A stretch of DNA of 64,000 nucleotides from Candidatus Calescibacterium sp. Lineage in GTDB: Bacteria > Calescibacteriota > Calescibacteriia > Calescibacteriales > Calescibacteriaceae. The notes beneath the pieces were generated by a model, which saw nothing but the letters and a program-made list of their open reading frames with translations, searched no databases and was not told the origin of the DNA. Where the stretch lies: NCBI GenBank assembly GCA_032249135.1, contig JAVVGL010000001.1, positions 64,001 to 128,000 on the forward strand, in the 5' to 3' direction. Within the stretch, counting starts at the first letter, position 1. Each line of letters starts with the position of its first letter. The position numbers were made by a program, and so were the translations under genes. Below, one piece after another: positions 49,230 through 59,476 of the stretch.

Positions 49230-49640
49230 TACCTAACAGTCTATTGTTAAAATTTCAAAGACTTTGCAGTTTCAAGTAAATATATATGCACACATTTAAC
49301 TTTACCTTCCCCTATGCTCATACATTCTCCCTTTATACTATGAAATTGGAAACCTTATATGTGCTCCATCAACAAAAGCTACTACATCAGCTCCGACAAC
49401 TACTTGACATTTCCCTACCTTAACAATATTTGGGCAATTTGAAGTAAACTTGTTCCATCTTCTCCAAGATTTATCTCTTATTTAAGAATTACCTTTGAGG
49501 AAGTTTTTGACTTGATTATATCTTTTACAAGAGAAGTTCCGCTTGAAGATAAGTTTTGATGGTACCTCAATCATTATTTTATTTGAAAATAAAAAATGTT
49601 TATGTTTTTCTCCAAACTTTTAACAATAGACTGTCAAGTA
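49230..49640. mobile_element. ~410-bp segment bounded by 23-bp inverted repeats (MITE/IS remnant or invertible element)
   Basis: tacctaacagtctattgttaaaa (49230-49252) vs reverse complement of 49618-49640, tacttgacagtctattgttaaaa; 21/23 with a perfect 17-bp core. Confidence 0.55.
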
Positions 49641-49677
49641 TTAGAACCAAAAACTAAAAAATTTTGAAGTTAAAGCC

Positions 49678-50928
49678 ATGATAAATCCAGAGATAATAAG
49701 GAAAAATCCGGAGATACTTAAAGAAAACATAAGGAGAAGGGAAATAAATTTTGATGTTGAAAAACTTATAGAATTAGATAACAAAAGGAGAGAATTCCAG
49801 GTAAAAATAGATAAGCTTCGTTCAGAACTCAACAAAATCACAGATAAAATTGCAGAACTTGTAAGAAGTGGAGAAAGCGCAGAAGATTTGAAACAGCAAG
49901 CAAAACAAATAAGAGAAGAAATAAAATTTCTTGAAGAACAAAGAGAAGAAATAGAGAAAGAGTGGAAAAAAACAATTCTTCTTTACCCTAACATAGTCCA
50001 TCAAAGCATCCCAGATAAAGAACCAAAAGTAGTAAAAGTGAAAGGCGAACCTTACTCTGAAAAATATCATAAACCTCATTGGGAAATAGGAGAAAAACTT
50101 GGAATACTCAATTTTGAAAGAGGATCAAAACTTTCTGGGTCTGGATTTACAGTTTTGGAAGGAGATGGAGCTCTACTTGAACGTGCACTGATAAATTTCA
50201 TGATAGATACTCACACAAAGAGAGGATACAAAGAATATTTTGCACCATATATAGTAAAAGAAGAAATTATGGAAGGAACAGGACAACTCCCTAAATTCGC
50301 TCATGATATGTACCACATTGAAGAAGATAATCTATGGCTAATTCCGACAGCAGAAGTCACTTTGGTTAATCTTTTCAGAGACGAGATAATACCAGAAGAA
50401 AAACTCACTCTAAATTGTGTATCATATTCAGCATGTTTCAGAAGGGAAGCAGGTTCGTGGGGAAGAGAGACAAGGGGGCTGATAAGACAGCATCAATTCA
50501 ATAAAGTAGAACTTGTGAAAATTTCAAAACCAGAAGATTCATACGATGAACTTGAAAAACTCCTTCAAGATGCATGTCATATTCTTGATTTACTTGAACT
50601 ACCATATAGGGTTGTTTTACTCCCGGCAAACGATATTGGCTTCTCAGCAACAAAAACTTACGATATAGAAGTCTGGATGCCGGGATACGGTCAATACCTT
50701 GAAATATCATCTTGCTCAAATTGTGAAGATTTCCAAGCAAGAAGAGCTATGATAAGGTTGAGGAGAAAAAATGGTAAAACTGAATATGTTCATACTCTAA
50801 ATGGTTCAGGAGTTGCTATCGGTAGATGCCTTGCTGCAATTATAGAAAATTATTTTGTTGAATCTGGGAAAATAAAAGTTCCAGAGGTACTGCGTGATTA
50901 TGTGAAAAAAGATTTTATAGGAGAATAA
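49678..50928 (+). CDS. serS: Seryl-tRNA synthetase
   Basis: N-terminal coiled coil, LIPTAEV, CFRREAGS, IRQHQFNKVE, EISSCSNC, HTLNGSG. Confidence 0.97.
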   Translation: MINPEIIRKNPEILKENIRRREINFDVEKLIELDNKRREFQVKIDKLRSELNKITDKIAELVRSGESAEDLKQQAKQIREEIKFLEEQREEIEKEWKKTILLYPNIVHQSIPDKEPKVVKVKGEPYSEKYHKPHWEIGEKLGILNFERGSKLSGSGFTVLEGDGALLERALINFMIDTHTKRGYKEYFAPYIVKEEIMEGTGQLPKFAHDMYHIEEDNLWLIPTAEVTLVNLFRDEIIPEEKLTLNCVSYSACFRREAGSWGRETRGLIRQHQFNKVELVKISKPEDSYDELEKLLQDACHILDLLELPYRVVLLPANDIGFSATKTYDIEVWMPGYGQYLEISSCSNCEDFQARRAMIRLRRKNGKTEYVHTLNGSGVAIGRCLAAIIENYFVESGKIKVPEVLRDYVKKDFIGE

Positions 50929-50938
50929 ATAAAAAAAC

Positions 50939-52117
50939 ATGGCTGATCTCAAAAAGATTGCTGAAAAGCTTTTTATTAACACATACACAAGATACCCAAT
51001 TTTAATCCAAAAAGCAAAAGGGGTTTTTATCTACTCAGAAGGCAAAGAATATCTTGACCTTATAGGAGGAATAGGCGTAATCGCTCTTGGACACTCAAAC
51101 AAAGAAGTTCTAAAAGAGATAAAAAGACAACTCAACCTTTTTATGCATGTATCAAATTTGTTTTGGCAAGAACCGCAAATCAAATTCGCTAATGAATTCT
51201 TGAAGACTTTGGATGGTAATTACAGAATATTTCTTTCTAATTCAGGAGCAGAAGCTGTTGAAGCTGCTTTAAAATTTGCGAAACTCCCTTTTAGCGAAAG
51301 CAAAAGAGGATTTCTTGCTTTCTACGGAAGCTTTCACGGAAGAACTCACGGAGCTTTATCTGCAACATGGAAAGAAGATTTCAGGAAACCTTTCTCCCCT
51401 CTCCTTCCAAACTTCAACTTTGTTGAATATGGGAATTTAGAGCAGGTTGAAAATGAATTGAAGAAAAACACATACTGTGCCGTTATAGTAGAACCAATTC
51501 AGGGAGAGGCAGGCGTTATATCTCCACCTCCCGGATTTTTGTATGAGTTGAAAAAATTATGTGAAAGATATGAAACGCTCCTTATAGTAGATGAAATACA
51601 AACAGGAGTTGGAAAAACAGGGAAATTCTGGGCCTACGAATGGGAAAATATAAAGCCAGACATTTTAGTTTCAGCAAAAGCAATAGGAGGAGGTTTGCCG
51701 CTGGGGGTCACAGCAGTATCAGAAGAAATATCAAGACTTGTAAAACCTGGAATGCATGCTTCAACTTTCGGCGGAAATCCCATATCTTGTGCAGCAGGTA
51801 AAGTCGTAATAAAAAAAGTAAATTCTAAAAAACTTCTAAAAGATGTTTTGTCAAAAGGAGAATATCTGAAAAAAGAGCTAAAAAAAATTGGGTTTGAAGT
51901 TGAAGGAAAAGGGTTGATGTTGGGAGTAAAACTTGGAGAAATAAAAAGAGAACCACAAGACATAAGAGATTTCTTTCTTAAAAGAAAAATAATAGTAAAT
52001 GTTATAAAGACTCATCTTGGGGAAACGAAGATAAGAATTTTGCCTCCTCTTATCATATCAAAAAAAGAATTGGATTTGTTTTTGGAAGCTGTGGAAGAAC
52101 TCAAAAGGACTTTATGA
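50939..52117 (+). CDS. argD: Acetylornithine aminotransferase (class III)
   Basis: SNSGAEAVEAALK, SFHGRT, EPIQGEAGV, DEIQTG, AKAIGGG, HASTFGGNP. Confidence 0.85.
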   Translation: MADLKKIAEKLFINTYTRYPILIQKAKGVFIYSEGKEYLDLIGGIGVIALGHSNKEVLKEIKRQLNLFMHVSNLFWQEPQIKFANEFLKTLDGNYRIFLSNSGAEAVEAALKFAKLPFSESKRGFLAFYGSFHGRTHGALSATWKEDFRKPFSPLLPNFNFVEYGNLEQVENELKKNTYCAVIVEPIQGEAGVISPPPGFLYELKKLCERYETLLIVDEIQTGVGKTGKFWAYEWENIKPDILVSAKAIGGGLPLGVTAVSEEISRLVKPGMHASTFGGNPISCAAGKVVIKKVNSKKLLKDVLSKGEYLKKELKKIGFEVEGKGLMLGVKLGEIKREPQDIRDFFLKRKIIVNVIKTHLGETKIRILPPLIISKKELDLFLEAVEELKRTL

Positions 52118-52136
52118 ACAGCATCAGATAGCAATA

Positions 52137-53015
52137 TCAGTATGGTTTGCATACGAAAACAAATTTGAAATATTTTTTCAGCTTTTCCGCCGTATCTTTA
52201 GCTGTTTTCTCATCAAAAAAAATGGAGAAAAAAGTTGAACCAGAACCCGTAAGATAGAAATTTCCAAATTGAGAGAGAAACTTTTTGATTTTCTCTCCAT
52301 CTTTATACAAACTCAAAAAAGGTTCTTCAAGGTCGTTCTTACCCAAAATCCCAGAAAAGAAATCAAAAGAAATTTCATTTAAGTTAAGTATGTGATCAAC
52401 CAAATCTCTCTTTTTTGAGATATCCAATAGGTCTTTTGAGTGAATTTTATCAAACTGGTCATAAACTTTTTTTGTTTCAGATATTATCTCCGGCCAAACT
52501 AATACATAGAAAAACTCGTTTCTTCTTTCTATCTTTATTTCTTTCACCTTTTCTCCTCTTCCATAAATCAAGACAGGTCTTTCAGACAAAAACAGAGGAA
52601 CATCAGAGCCGATGGATTCAGCAATTTCTCTGCTTTTCCGTTCATCTATTGCATATTTTTTTGAAAGTTCTTTTATAAGGACTCCGCTATCAGAAGAAGC
52701 ACCTCCCAACCCAGCCCCCGGTGGTATTCTCTTCCTTACAACAACTCTGAACCTTTTTCCAGTTATATGAGAGATGAGATTCAAAGTTTTAGAGACGGAA
52801 TTGTTCTGTGGTATTTCCCATAAAGAATCAAAACTCACAATATTTTCTCTTTCGTTTATTTCTTCAACATCAATTTCATCAAACAAAGAGATAGTATCAA
52901 CACAAGATAAAATTTCATGGTAGCCTGATTCCATCTTTCCAAGAACAAAAAGAAAAAGATTTATTTTAGCTGGACACAAAAGACGCATTCTAAATGGAGC
53001 CGAGCTTTTTTCCAT
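52137..53015 (-). CDS. ispE: 4-diphosphocytidyl-2-C-methyl-D-erythritol kinase
   Basis: PAKINLFL, KRIPPGAGLGGASSD, GSDVP, GRGE, NDLE, LTGSGS. Confidence 0.93.
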   Translation of the reverse strand: MEKSSAPFRMRLLCPAKINLFLFVLGKMESGYHEILSCVDTISLFDEIDVEEINERENIVSFDSLWEIPQNNSVSKTLNLISHITGKRFRVVVRKRIPPGAGLGGASSDSGVLIKELSKKYAIDERKSREIAESIGSDVPLFLSERPVLIYGRGEKVKEIKIERRNEFFYVLVWPEIISETKKVYDQFDKIHSKDLLDISKKRDLVDHILNLNEISFDFFSGILGKNDLEEPFLSLYKDGEKIKKFLSQFGNFYLTGSGSTFFSIFFDEKTAKDTAEKLKKYFKFVFVCKPY

Positions 53016-53138
53016 CTTTCCATATTTAAAACTTTATAAACTCAATTTTATTGAAATTTATCTGAACTCAATAGTTTAACAAAAATATTCTTTTCAAATA
53101 AAAATTTATGAATAGAAAACAAGAAAGGAGGTAAAAAA

Positions 53139-53927
53139 ATGTTTGATGGAAAGGTTGTAATGATTACAGCGGCATCTCGTGGAATAGGTTTAGCGACGGC
53201 AAAAAAGTTCTGTGAAAACGGAGCCAAAGTGTTTTTGACATCACGAAAAGAAGAAAATCTAAAAGCAGCGGTCGAAGAAATAAAAAATGACCTTGAGAAA
53301 AAAGGTTTAAAAATTGGAGAAAATTATGAAGTTGATTTCTGTGTAGCTCACAGTGGAAATCCTCAAGATGTTAAGAATGCAGTTGAAACATGTTGGAAAA
53401 GGTTTGGCAAAATTGATATTCTTGTAAATAACTCCGCAACAAATCCCGCTATACTACCAATTCATGAAACCTCAGATGAACTCTGGGAAAAAATAATAAG
53501 CGTAAGTTTGACAGGGAACTTTGTAGCTTCAAGGGAGGTAGCAAAAAGGATGATAGAGAACAAAATAAAGGGTTGCATAATAAATGTAGCTTCTGTTGCT
53601 GGACTGCAAGCAACTCCAGGTCTTGGAGTTTATGCAATAGCCAAAGCCGGACTTATATCTATGACAAAAACTATGGCTGTTGAGCTTGCAGGATTTGGAA
53701 TAAGAGTAAATGCAGTAGCTCCCGGAATTATAAGGACAAAATTCTCAAAGGTTCTTGTAGATATGTTTGAGTCAGGTGGCGGAGCAGAAAACCCGCTTTT
53801 GAGAATACCTTTGGGGAGGGTCGGGGAACCAGAGGAAGTAGCAGAGCTTATTCTTTTCCTTGCATCAGATAAAGCAAGCTACATAACCGGATCCGTATTC
53901 ACAATAGACGGAGGTTCAACTGCTTAA
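53139..53927 (+). CDS. Short-chain dehydrogenase/reductase
   Basis: [19 protein letters not shown] (YxxxK), [17 protein letters not shown]. Confidence 0.93.
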   Translation: MFDGKVVMITAASRGIGLATAKKFCENGAKVFLTSRKEENLKAAVEEIKNDLEKKGLKIGENYEVDFCVAHSGNPQDVKNAVETCWKRFGKIDILVNNSATNPAILPIHETSDELWEKIISVSLTGNFVASREVAKRMIENKIKGCIINVASVAGLQATPGLGVYAIAKAGLISMTKTMAVELAGFGIRVNAVAPGIIRTKFSKVLVDMFESGGGAENPLLRIPLGRVGEPEEVAELILFLASDKASYITGSVFTIDGGSTA

Positions 53928-53986
53928 ATTTAAATGATCACAAGTCTACAAAAATATATTTTTTAGATTTGATTTTTCTTTTCTTA

Positions 53987-55601
53987 TTATGTTGACCCTC
54001 TTATTATGTCATTTAAAGTTTCGTTTTCTTGCTTCTTTTTAGCTTCACAAATATTACCAGTTGATTTAAACAATATCCAATTTTTATCAACTATTTTTTC
54101 AATTTCTACATCGTGCTCACAGGAGCAAACTTCATTTAAATAAACATTTACTTTTATAACCCTATTATCTTGCTTTCTGACATCAGCTGATATAATTCCA
54201 GATGTTAAATTTTGACAATATTTTACTGCTTTTACATTTTTGAGATTAATTTGGATTTCCGTTCCATCTCTCTTTGCTATTTTTATTTTCCCATTAACCT
54301 TGAACTCATTCATGCCTTCCTTTACAATACTCAAGTTATGAGAATATAGTTTGATCGTCTTAGCTTCTACTTTTACATAGTTCGTGATGGAGAGAAAAAA
54401 AGTTTTATTATCTTGCGTACTCTCTTTTTGAATTTTTTCGTATCTATAAAACTCCCCTGAAAATGAGGTTACAGGTGATGAAAGCGAAATGTTTGCCCTT
54501 ATTTCCCTTGATACAAAAGTTGGATTTTTACTGCTCTCTTTTTTGAAAGTACCATCTAAGGTTAATCTTTCACCATCTTCCGTCCTTACCCTAAGATTTT
54601 CTACACTGATAATTAAGTTCGGAGAACCAACTTTTCCTTTTTCAGCTGATATCTTTCCGCTTTCTACTATGAAATTTTCTCTATCTTTTTTATAGCTTAC
54701 GCTCTCAAAGGTTCTTGTAACCGAAACCTCATAAGATGATAGTTGCACTTGAGTTTTCACTATTCCCGACATCTCAACTCCTTCCTGTGTATCCGATATA
54801 TTCATATTACTGAGCTCAATTTTTATACTACCTATTTTTGTAGTTGAATACATTGCTACCTCACCCGATACTTGCCCGCCATGAAAGGTTACACTCTTGT
54901 CTCCATTTTCAAGCTTAACATTAACTACACTGAAGGAAAAACTATAATTATTTTTTAATAGTTCCCCTTGGAAAGATACATATATCGTTCCTGATACCAA
55001 ATAATCTTTTAAACTACATCCCAATATTTTGATTTCACAATATGTCATCTGCGGGATCAAACAAGAATTTTGCTCATTTTCCTGATCTATACAGAGTAGT
55101 ACCGAAACCAAAAGAGATGAGTATTTATCTACCAATCTATTAGCATATTTTAACCTTGATTCAATATTGTCAAATTTTTGAAGGATTTCATCTGATACAA
55201 AATTTCTGACAGCTTTCTTTACAGAAAGCTCCTCATATATTTCTTCTTTTACTTTCTCCTCTTCATTTTCTACTTCATCCTTTGGTGAAATTGAAGCTGT
55301 CCCCCAAGGATGTTTCAATAAGATCAGGATTTAGCTCACTTTCAGAAATAATCCCTAATTCACCCAGCAGTAAATCTCGTATTTGTAGAAACTCTTTTTC
55401 TTCCTCCGGATGTAGATAAAATGTATCAGTTACACTTGTCCCGCTCACATTATTGTTTCCTGTCTCCCGTTCTGATCCGCAACATGATCTCAAAGCTGCG
55501 AAAGTCCATGCAATTTCGTGACTGTTAACACTAAAAATAAAAAGAAATAAAATCCACAGATAAATAATTTCCTTTCTAAGCCTTGATATAAACATTCTCA
55601 T
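53987..55601 (-). pseudogene. Exported beta-rich hypothetical protein interrupted by a frameshift at C5 55301-55305
   Basis: N-terminal hydrophobic segment in ORF 55275..55601; removing one G gives IETSLGTASISPKDEVE, continuous with ORF 53987..55318. Confidence 0.65.
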
Positions 55602-55890
55602 TTTCTTCTTTTATATTAACCTATGTGTAAATATAAATTTTAGATTTAAAATTTTTAGATTTAAAATTTGAAAATAATTGCTTTCTGATGCTTCATTTTC
55701 TTTTTTCAATCTTTTGGTAGCAACTGCTAAGCATAGTAAAGCATGAAAAACCAAACTTGCATAAGAAGAATTAAAGTCTTTTATTGGGCTTATACCATGA
55801 AATATATTGTTGCAAATATTTGCAATAAATTAATCGGTTAGTGTGAAGTGCTCAAGACTATCTTGTTGCATTTGAAAGTTCAGATAAGCT

Positions 55891-56364
55891 TTATTTGTAA
55901 TTAAGCATAAAATTGTCTCTAAAATCAACTTGAACACCTAAATCTCTTAACTTTTTGGCTAACTTTGTGTCTGTTGTTATAATGATTGGTTCTTCATTTA
56001 TTTTCCTTTTCAGATAAAAATAGGCTTTGACAATATAATGATCATCAGGATGATTTCTTTAAGAATATGACTATATTCTTGAACTTCTATGTTCAATTCG
56101 TCAAGCGTAATAATCTCTACCTTTTGAGGGTTACGGAGAAAAGAACCGTTAAGAAATTTAATTTTTTTCTTTAATTCGAGATCAAATGAAGACTTCTTAC
56201 AAAGTTTATAGTACTTATGGATAAATTTTGAGCCCAAAATCCAAGAAATCTTATCACATTTTTCTTTCATCTTCTCCAAAAATGCATAACTTTCTTTCTG
56301 TTTTTCTCTTCCGTTATCTCCATGCAAATCATGGATTATCCATTCATCATAAAATAAGGAGCAT
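55891..56364 (-). pseudogene. PIN-domain ribonuclease gene with two frameshifts
   Basis: AGGAAGGA SD + ATG 56364; reconstructed MLLI(Y/L)DEWIIHDL...HPDDHYIVKAY...IIITTDTKL...NYK*; shifts near 56351-56354 and 56052-56056. Confidence 0.7.
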
Positions 56365-56371
56365 TTCCTTC

Positions 56372-57541
56372 CTATTCTTTTATGCCGAGCATAATTTTTA
56401 AGTCTTCAAGTTCAGCTGAAATAAATGATTCAAGTCCACCTTCAACTTGCCCTTTTTCATTTGCTTTTTGCTCTCTCAAAATTGTTTCCTTACCTTTCTT
56501 TTCTACCAAGTAGAGTTTTACATCAGCAGGTGTTATGAGTTTTTCTACGATTGCTGTTAGAAGCGAAGAGACAAAAAGCTCCGAATGTGTCACAATTATA
56601 AACTGTTTTTCTTCTTCTTTTGAGATTGAAATTATTGTTCTCACAAGAGCTCTTATAACTTTTGGATGAAGATGAATCTCTGGTTCTTCAATCAGAATAG
56701 TTTTTATTTCTGGTCTATGAACCTTTGCAAGTATGAAAACAACTTGATTTACTCCAAATCCATCATTTACAAGGTCTGTTGGGGTTCGCGTTATTTTATC
56801 TGTTGTCTTAAAATATGCTATCGCTGTGCCGGGTGGAGTATGCAGTCTAAAATCACGATTGAGAATTTTTTCAAGGTCGACGGAAATTTTCGGAGCTAAA
56901 TTTGGATCATTTATAATAATCGTTGCAACTTCATCCTCCGTAGTTGGATTTGCTGAAACCGCAGAGGGTGAATAGAAAGGTTTGAAAAAACCTCTTTTGT
57001 GTGGGACTATATCTACGCTATCAAGTACTGATGTTATAGAATTTAACTTTTCTGCAATTTCTCTTGCTCTTTGCTGATTTTGAGAGGTCGGAGTTTTCGG
57101 AACAACACTTGAAGTTATGCCATTCCAATTTACTGTGAATTCTTGGTCAAAGTCAAAAGCGAAATTTTTGTTCAGTGGATAAGGTATTGAGAAATCTCCA
57201 CTCATTTCAAATTTATTCCATATCTGTTTTATTTTAGCTTGATTTTTCTTAAAAATAACTTCATATTCTGCATCTTTGAGAGAAAATCCGATTTTTATTT
57301 CTCCTTTTGGGTCATGGTTGAAAACACAGGAATCAAATCCTCCAAGATTTAAAAATCCAAGATTAAAAAATGCATCAACATGCTGATTTGGATTTTTGAC
57401 GAAGTTTTTGAGTACTAAAAGTGAGTATAAGACAGATGATTTTCCGGTTGCAGTTTCACCATAAATCAAATTTATTTTTGATAGCTCAATTTCCTGGTCT
57501 CTGATAGACCTGAAACCCGAGATTTTTATTTTTGTTAGCAT
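56372..57541 (-). CDS. AAA/ABC-like ATPase (AAA_15/AAA_21 type, DUF3696-like tail)
   Basis: ISGFRSI, GETATGKSS Walker A, DGFGVNQ signature, ILIEEPEIHLHP Walker B, IIVTHS. Confidence 0.88.
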   Translation of the reverse strand: MLTKIKISGFRSIRDQEIELSKINLIYGETATGKSSVLYSLLVLKNFVKNPNQHVDAFFNLGFLNLGGFDSCVFNHDPKGEIKIGFSLKDAEYEVIFKKNQAKIKQIWNKFEMSGDFSIPYPLNKNFAFDFDQEFTVNWNGITSSVVPKTPTSQNQQRAREIAEKLNSITSVLDSVDIVPHKRGFFKPFYSPSAVSANPTTEDEVATIIINDPNLAPKISVDLEKILNRDFRLHTPPGTAIAYFKTTDKITRTPTDLVNDGFGVNQVVFILAKVHRPEIKTILIEEPEIHLHPKVIRALVRTIISISKEEEKQFIIVTHSELFVSSLLTAIVEKLITPADVKLYLVEKKGKETILREQKANEKGQVEGGLESFISAELEDLKIMLGIKE

Positions 57542-57898
57542 AACTTTTTACCATAAGCTCACCTTTTCACATTTCTTCTTTTTACAATTTCTCCTTTACC
57601 TTCAATTTTATAAAATTTATAATTTTTTCTGCTAATGAATCAAGTTCGGATTTTCTTTGATACTTATCAGCTTTTCTTTTTCATCGTATTCAGGTCTTAC
57701 ATTTTCTGAATACTTTCAGAATCAACGGAGTTTCAGTGCAGAAATAGAAAATATCATCTATTCATCTTATTCATAAAGAGAAAATTTCTACACCATTACT
57801 ATCTATCTTTCTTCCCTCCACTTGCTTCTTATATTTTCTGCATTTTCACAGAAAGCTTAAAAATTTTTTTGCTCGTGATTATCTAATATAAGCTATTT

Positions 57899-59161
57899 TT
57901 AATTTGTGCTTTTGTCTATCAAAATCTCCATAAATACTACCCATTGAGCTCCAATATGCGCCGGAAAAATTTTAAATCTTTTGACATTACAATGATTAGC
58001 TAAATATTGCTGTAATGGTTCGTAAATTCCAGAAAAGAAAGAATGAATGATCAATAAAAGTATATATTTAATTGGTCTATTCGGAACAAATCCACTTATA
58101 GATTTAAATTTTTCTATTGATCTTTGTATAAACATCTTCAAATCTTTTTTCACCAGATAGAACTCATCATCACTATCACGAGAAGACGGATATATAGATA
58201 TTGCAACATTAATAAAATTAATGGAAGAATTTTCTCTTTTAGATAAATTTTCTAATCCAACAAAGTAGTATCTTTTTACAAATTCCCTGACGCTCTCATC
58301 TTTGATAACATCTTTGTCATCAGCGACCTCTAAAAAAATCATATTAGCCTGCTCACTAATAACCGGTAAGATATACCAATTTATTATTACTTCCTGACTA
58401 AAAGCAAAATTATTTTTTCTCCTCCTTAATTCCTCATAACATTTCCTTATTCTTTCTTCTTCCTCCTGAACCATTTTCTCCATTTCTTTTTTTACATCAT
58501 CGTAACATGTTTTTTCTACTATTGCTTTTACTTTTTGCCTCAATTCCTTTATTAGTTCCTCTGGATCATTATCCGGAGCTTCTCTTATTTCTCTTTCCAT
58601 TTCTCTCACTTCATCTATCTTTTCCTTTATTTTTTTCTCTATTTCTCCTTTTCTTTTCTTTAATCTTTCTATAAATTCTTTGACAAATTTATCACCTAGT
58701 ATAGATGGGATTATTGAAAATTCCCTTGTTATATTTTTAAATAGGATATTAAGATGACATTCAACTCCCAAATAGCTAATTTCTAATTCAAAAAGTTTCA
58801 AAGGAGCTAAACTTTCACCATAGCCAATATCAATATATTCTTCCGCTTCTAAAATTCCTTTTTTCCGAAGTATACTAAGCGCTTTATCTCCTTTAACACC
58901 TTGTGAATCCGGTGGGTATAATTCCTTTAACTCCACTGCAATATCAAAATTTACATCAGGAAAACGAAAGTAGAAATCTGGTGCCGGATTGCCCTTTAAA
59001 TTTCCAGAATCTGTATAATCTGGTAGATTATATGAAAAGAGCTCCTCTCTATCCGGTAAGCTATAATTTCCTTCTTCATTAATGAATCTAAGAAAATCCT
59101 CAGCACACCTGAGAAAAACCGAGATTTCCTCCATTTTTTTCTTGTTCTCTCCCATACGCAT
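57899..59161 (-). CDS. Hypothetical protein with PD-(D/E)XK-like motif and central coiled coil
   Basis: APDFYF...IAVELKEL; charged coiled-coil insert; C-terminal IQRSIEKFK...KYILLLI. Confidence 0.6.
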   Translation of the reverse strand: MRMGENKKKMEEISVFLRCAEDFLRFINEEGNYSLPDREELFSYNLPDYTDSGNLKGNPAPDFYFRFPDVNFDIAVELKELYPPDSQGVKGDKALSILRKKGILEAEEYIDIGYGESLAPLKLFELEISYLGVECHLNILFKNITREFSIIPSILGDKFVKEFIERLKKRKGEIEKKIKEKIDEVREMEREIREAPDNDPEELIKELRQKVKAIVEKTCYDDVKKEMEKMVQEEEERIRKCYEELRRRKNNFAFSQEVIINWYILPVISEQANMIFLEVADDKDVIKDESVREFVKRYYFVGLENLSKRENSSINFINVAISIYPSSRDSDDEFYLVKKDLKMFIQRSIEKFKSISGFVPNRPIKYILLLIIHSFFSGIYEPLQQYLANHCNVKRFKIFPAHIGAQWVVFMEILIDKSTN

Positions 59162-59476
59162 TTAGTGTTTTTCCTTCTTCATTAGTTATAAATGTTAGAT
59201 CTAAAGTATCAAACTTTAAATTCCCTCTTTCCCTCATATTACACAATTTATAAAAACATTTTATATTTTAAACAACACTAAAAACTTTATTTACATATCC
59301 AATTGCTGAAAGCTTCAACTAAAATATTCCTACAAGATTGGTAAAACTTAAATTATAAGACTTAAAGATATAAAATTATAGAGTAGTGAATCTGAAGAAC
59401 CGAAAATTGAGGCCGGATTAAAATGAAAAAAATAGGAAACAAAAATATCGTAGATCAGAACGAAGATAAAAGAAAA

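Noticed and set aside
55636..55669. Tandem ttttagatttaaaa repeat
   Set aside because: Low-complexity AT-rich duplication, expected by chance or slippage
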